Of a stretch of 64,000 bases of DNA, positions 60,218 through 64,000 are shown piece by piece. A program made the position numbers and the translations under genes. The DNA comes from Chiloscyllium plagiosum (taxonomy: Eukaryota): contig NC_057711.1 of the NCBI RefSeq assembly GCF_004010195.1, positions 80,268,528-80,332,527 on the forward strand, written 5' to 3'. The notes below the pieces were generated by a model that saw only the letters and a list, made by a program, of their open reading frames with translations, made no database searches and was not told where the DNA came from. Within the stretch, counting starts at the first letter, position 1. Each line of letters begins with the position of its first letter.

Positions 60218-62860
60218 ATGGAACACAAGGTAGAGGGGATTGGGGACTCATTGATATTGCACTGGAGACCTTAGTGTAGACATGGTCAGAAAGTGATATA
60301 TCATGGTTGGGCAATGGACTGAGGATCCACAAGGACAACCTTCAGCAGAGAATGGGAACAAGAAACCTGGGAGGTCTATTCCAAGAATCCGATCCTGAGA
60401 ATCTGTCAGCAGTGTCGCACGAAGTCTCATAAAACAATGTAGTTGGTTGAGTGCAGTCAAATTCATATGATATTTCTCAGCCAGTGCCCCATCTTATTCT
60501 CAAGCTACTTAATGCATTACAAATGAAGAGAAATCAGAGTCAATGTCTCAAGTCCTCAGAACTGGTGGTAGCTAGGAAACTGTCAGTTTACATGCAGACG
60601 ATAGGGTGGGGAGTGCGGGTAAGGGGTAAATGATAGGAGGGGATAGAGTCCAAAGAGAGAGAAGAACAGTTGGACAGACAAAGGAGTAGATAATGATCTG
60701 GCTAGGAGAGCGAACAGCTGCTAATGGAGACTGTTAGTGGCTAATACTAGGTAGTCTGTAATGGCAGACTGTGTGAAAACAAGGCCTGGTATGTGGGGTT
60801 GGGGGCTAGGATATGGCAGAATTGAGATCCTAAAATTATTGAACACAATATTGAGTCCAGAGGTCAGCAGGGTTCCCAAGCAGAAAATGAGGTGCCATTC
60901 TTCCAGCTTTCGCTGAGCTTCACTAAGCACTGCAGCAAGCCTGAGACAGAGGTGTTGGCCAGGAAACAGGGTGATGTGTTAAAGTGGCAGGCAGTTGGAA
61001 GTTTAGCGGTCATTTTTAAAGGCAGAATGTCGGTGTTCAGTATATACTTTGTTTCCTCAATGTTGAGGTGGCCACATTGTGAGCAGTAAATGCAGTAGAC
61101 TAGATTGCATGAAGTGCAGGTAAACATACCTGGAAGGTATGTTTGGGGCCTTGGATACTGAGGAGGGAAGGAGGTTAATGATCAGGTGTTACACCTTTGG
61201 CAATTGCAGGGGAAAGCGACTTGGTTCTGTGGGCGGGAGGGGGGAGGTGTTGGGATTGGAGGAAGAGTGGACCAGGTTGTCGCTGAGGGAACGGTCTCTG
61301 CAGAAGGAGGACAGGGAGGAAAGGGTAATATTTTTCTTATGGTTGCATCTCACTGAAGTGGCAGAAGTGGTGGCTGATTATCTTCTGGATGTGGATGCTA
61401 ATGGGATTGTAGGTAAGGACAAGGGGAATCTTATTGCTGTTGTGGGAGTGAAGAGAGGGGATAAGGAGAGAAGTGCAGGAGATAGGTCGGACCCAGTTTG
61501 AGAGCCCTGTCAACAATGATACCGGGGAATCCTTGGTTGAGGAAGAAGGTAGACATTTCAGTGATTCTCTTGTCAAAGTTGGCATCATTGGAACATTTAT
61601 GATGGAGACAGAAGAACTGGGAGAATGGAATGGAGTCTTTACAGGAAGCATGGTGCTTCCTGTCCACCCAATGTTTGCTCCTTATCCTCCACCCCCACCT
61701 TATCTTTGCATATGCACTGACATTTTCCTAGCTATCATCAGTTCTGAAGACCCGAAACATTAACTCTGACATCTCTTCATGGGTGCTGCAAGACTTGCTG
61801 AGCTTTTCCAGCAACGTCTTTTTTTTTGTTTCTGATTTACATCATTTGTTGTTCTTTTGGTTTTTATTTAGTGCATCAAATCCCCAACAGTCACCCAACA
61901 ACATCTCATGTCCAGATATACAGATACTTCACTTCACCCTCCCATACATTCTAATTCATCCAGCCTTGCACTTATCTCTTTCTGCTTTCACATTGGTCTA
62001 GTTACTCAGCTATACCATAATCTCTGATATTCTCCCTTTGTTCTTACAGGATAAGGCGTTCTGTAATAAAGGGAGCAGACCAAAATTGATAGAGTCCAAG
62101 GATGTGGACACTCCATTATCGCAATGGAGGAAATAATTCTCAACATCATGGGACCAACTGAGAGTCAGAGCCCACAACATCCATTAAAATACAAAAAAAC
62201 TATTCAACAAAAGTAGAATAACAAGGTGGTCTGGAGAGATTCCTGGAGAGATTTATGAAGATGGTGGTCGTGACCCTTAGGCCTATAGCTGTATCACAGC
62301 CTTCTGATCTCCTGCTTTCAGAAATCCAAGAACAGTAGTCTATCTGGCCACAACAGACCCAGAACAAAAGGCAGAGAGCACCCGCACAGCAATGAAGAGG
62401 AGGCCACATGACTTGATCTGACAGTTGCAGCCATCAGCTCAGATGCCGACACTGCACTTACCATGAAAGCAAGCATGGAGTGACATCTGTATTTGTCGAG
62501 ACACTGGGTACAAGTGGCTAGCGACCAGGTAGAGGGTAAAGGAAGGCTTGTTTGCTCGTTCACAGCAGTGTGATGTTACAGTGAATTCTATAGCATGGAA
62601 TTCAGATGAGGATTTTGATGGTAGAATATATAAGAGAATATTAATGGATATGCAGATCACGATGCTGGTTGTATTCGTTGAACTTGGCAGATTACTTACT
62701 GTCAATGAAAAGAAAGCCTTCATACAGATTTTGCCTTCTCCACAACATCTGTTCCATCTCCAAAGCAAGTTTCAAATCCCCTCCTTATTGCAGCCTTTCT
62801 GTGGATTGGTTAGTAAGGCTATTGTACTCACTGAGAGAGTAGCAACACTACAATAAATCC
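60218..62860 (+). pseudogene. Second Harbinger-associated Myb/SANT-like ORF remnant, multi-exon
   Basis: ATG 60218; LIDIALETLV...REWEQETWEVYSKNPILRICQQCRTK (cf. WE.VA..VN......RT..QCRKK); acceptor ttcttacag then DKAFCNK/REQTK at 62050; NSDEDFDGRIYKRILMDMQITML in ORF 62548-62856. Confidence 0.6.
60530..61870 (-). mobile_element. Penelope-like element, GIY-YIG endonuclease region with inverted 3' copy
   Basis: FTCTSCNLVYCIYCSQCG...EETK, LPTACHFN, RKLEEWHLIFCLGTL...GLN, SCKDSIPFSQF, IPLVLTYNP. Confidence 0.85.
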
Positions 62861-63471
62861 AGGAACTTACTACAACTCCTCTAAAAACTCAGCAGACATT
62901 ATTCAAAGTTAGCCTTTAAGGTTAATGCTGTGCCCCTGTTAGAGTTGGTGCCTATTCTTTGGCAATAGACATGTGAATATGTTGTGTGGATCTTTATGGT
63001 TCAAACTTGGAAGCTGCATCCCAATAGCCAGTGGAGCATTTTACCTGTTGCCTTTGTACTCTTGTGAGACCACATGAGCATCTATTTTGAATATGTGTCA
63101 TCAGTTAAATGTGGCAGTAGATGGACGGCATCTTTATAAAACCCCTGACTAAAATATCTAATTTATTTAAAATGTTTTAGACGCTTCTGCAATTGCTAAA
63201 TAATAATATAACTTAGGAATAAAATAAGCTTTAAAAAATTCAACTCTTTGCACAGCTCATGCAGGAAGCAATTGGAGATATAGGGGATCACATGACACGT
63301 TTGGTTTTCATAGCACAGACTTAAGCGAGCAAAGGCTCAACATTTCATGCTCAATTTTCCTTTGGAATGATAGAATTTTTATCTATACTTCTCATCCACA
63401 AAGTTGTCTTTCAAAGAATTACAAAGAATTTAGACACATAAACGAACCTTTTGTTCAAAGCAGTTCACTTC

Positions 63472-64000
63472 GATTCAAAGTTTGTGAGAATATTTGTAGC
63501 TCAGGTGCTCATTGTTGTGGTTCTGTTCGCCGAGCTGGGAATTTGTGTTGCAGACGTTTCGTCCCCTGTCTAGGTGACATCCTCAGTGCTTGGGAGCCTC
63601 CTATGAAGCACTTCTGTGATGTTTCCTCCGGCATTTATAGTGGCCTGTCCCTGCCGCTTCCGGTTGTCAGTTTCAGCAGTCCGCTGTAGTGGCCGGTATA
63701 TTGGGTCCAGGTCGATGTGCTTATTGATTGAATCTGTGGATGAGTGCCATGCCTCTTTTTGGCTTGTCCTATAATAGTAGTGTTGTCCCAGTCGAATTCA
63801 TGTTGCTTGTCACACACGCAGATGACAAGCAACATGAATTCAACTGGGACAACACTACTATTATAGGACAAGCCAAACAGAGAACAGCCAGGGAATTCCT
63901 AGAGGCATGGTACTCATCCACAGATTCAATCAATAAGCACATCAACCTGGACCCAACATACCGGCCACAGCAGCGGACAGCTGGAACTGACAACCGGAAG
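63472..64000. mobile_element. Penelope-like element (family C), inverted structure, runs off window
   Basis: DKQHEFNWDNTTIIGQAKQRTAREFLEAWYS on + (63820 onward), mirrored on - (63635-63812). Confidence 0.85.
63550..63589 (-). ncRNA. Minimal hammerhead ribozyme motif (family C)
   Basis: Minus strand reads GCA-CUGAGGA-U-GUCACC(UAGACA)GGGGAC-GAAAC-GUC-UGC. Confidence 0.7.

Overview
Eukaryotic, AT-rich, repeat-dominated DNA. The repeat families (HE1-like tRNA SINEs, CR1/HER1 LINEs, abundant Penelope-like elements) point to a cartilaginous fish, probably a bamboo or carpet shark; this is an inference. I recognise no intact host protein-coding gene, and most ORFs in the track are chance ORFs or transposon fragments. 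The window holds a near full-length but dead Gypsy LTR retrotransposon (50853-57393). Both of its LTRs have been hit repeatedly at the same TATAACCAGGAGA site by 5'-truncated Tx1-type non-LTR elements. It also holds at least three Penelope-like families whose ends carry minimal hammerhead-ribozyme motifs, a GalEa-type Copia fossil, two Harbinger-type fossils (transposase and/or Myb/SANT ORFs), an internally deleted ERV-like element with paired LTRs, an old inverted duplication (40070-42703), a 165-bp templated insertion, and a 347-N assembly gap. All calls were made by eye from recalled family motifs, and boundaries are approximate unless junction sequences are quoted.
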